Source of the DNA: the human T2T-CHM13v2.0 reference genome, Homo sapiens
Length of the DNA stretch: 64,000 nt
Assembly: GCF_009914755.1 (NCBI RefSeq)
Contig: NC_060939.1
Reading direction: 5' to 3' (one strand)
In this document: in pieces, positions 63,830-64,000 of the stretch
How the letters are laid out: each line of letters starts with the position of its first letter
Position numbering within the stretch: the first letter of the stretch is position 1
Notes under the pieces: generated by a model
Database searches by the model: none
The model's input: only the letters and a program-made list of their open reading frames with translations
What the model was told of the DNA's origin: nothing
Made by a program: the position numbers and the translations under genes

Positions 63830-63972
63830 ACAGGTTAAGCATCCCTTAACTGAAATGCTTGAGACCGAAAGTGTTTCAGATTTTGAATTTTTTCAGATTC
63901 TGGAATATCTGCATATACATAATGAGTTATGTTGGGGATGCGATTCATGTCTAAAGGTAAAACTCACCAATG
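63830..63972. mobile_element. Tigger4/MER46-like DNA transposon fragment
   Basis: caggttaagcatccctt...gaaatgcttgagaccgaaagtgtttcagatttt. Confidence 0.75.
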
Positions 63973-64000
63973 TTTCTTTTTTTTTTTTTTTTTTTTTTTT

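Overview
Human (primate) genomic DNA, not microbial. The + strand carries the 3' half of SLC12A1 (NKCC2, the kidney Na-K-2Cl cotransporter): eleven GT-AG coding exons (exons 17-27 in the 27-exon numbering I recall) that splice in frame from ...[10 protein letters not shown]... to ...NVLTFYS-stop (45164-45166), then a ~1.2 kb 3' UTR with AATAAA signals. The last ~17.5 kb is repeat-dense intergenic DNA. The rest is introns full of Alu, MaLR/ERV LTR, L1, L2, MIR and DNA-transposon relics; almost all ORF-track entries are artefacts of these. I see no novel multi-gene system. Best observations: (1) a decayed duplicate of exon 26 plus downstream intron at ~42246-42800, donor destroyed, AluJ inserted, with an in-frame acceptor and stop that could act as an alternative last exon; (2) a 65/67-identical duplicated block flanking exon 26; (3) exon-17 read-through with a stop and AATAAA at the position matching the mouse short NKCC2 isoform; (4) an AT-rich palindrome at ~12.65-13.14 kb; (5) very young AluYa5 and AluYb8 insertions; (6) the Ala958 allele on the last base of exon 23. 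Repeat family names and most repeat boundaries were assigned by eye and are approximate.
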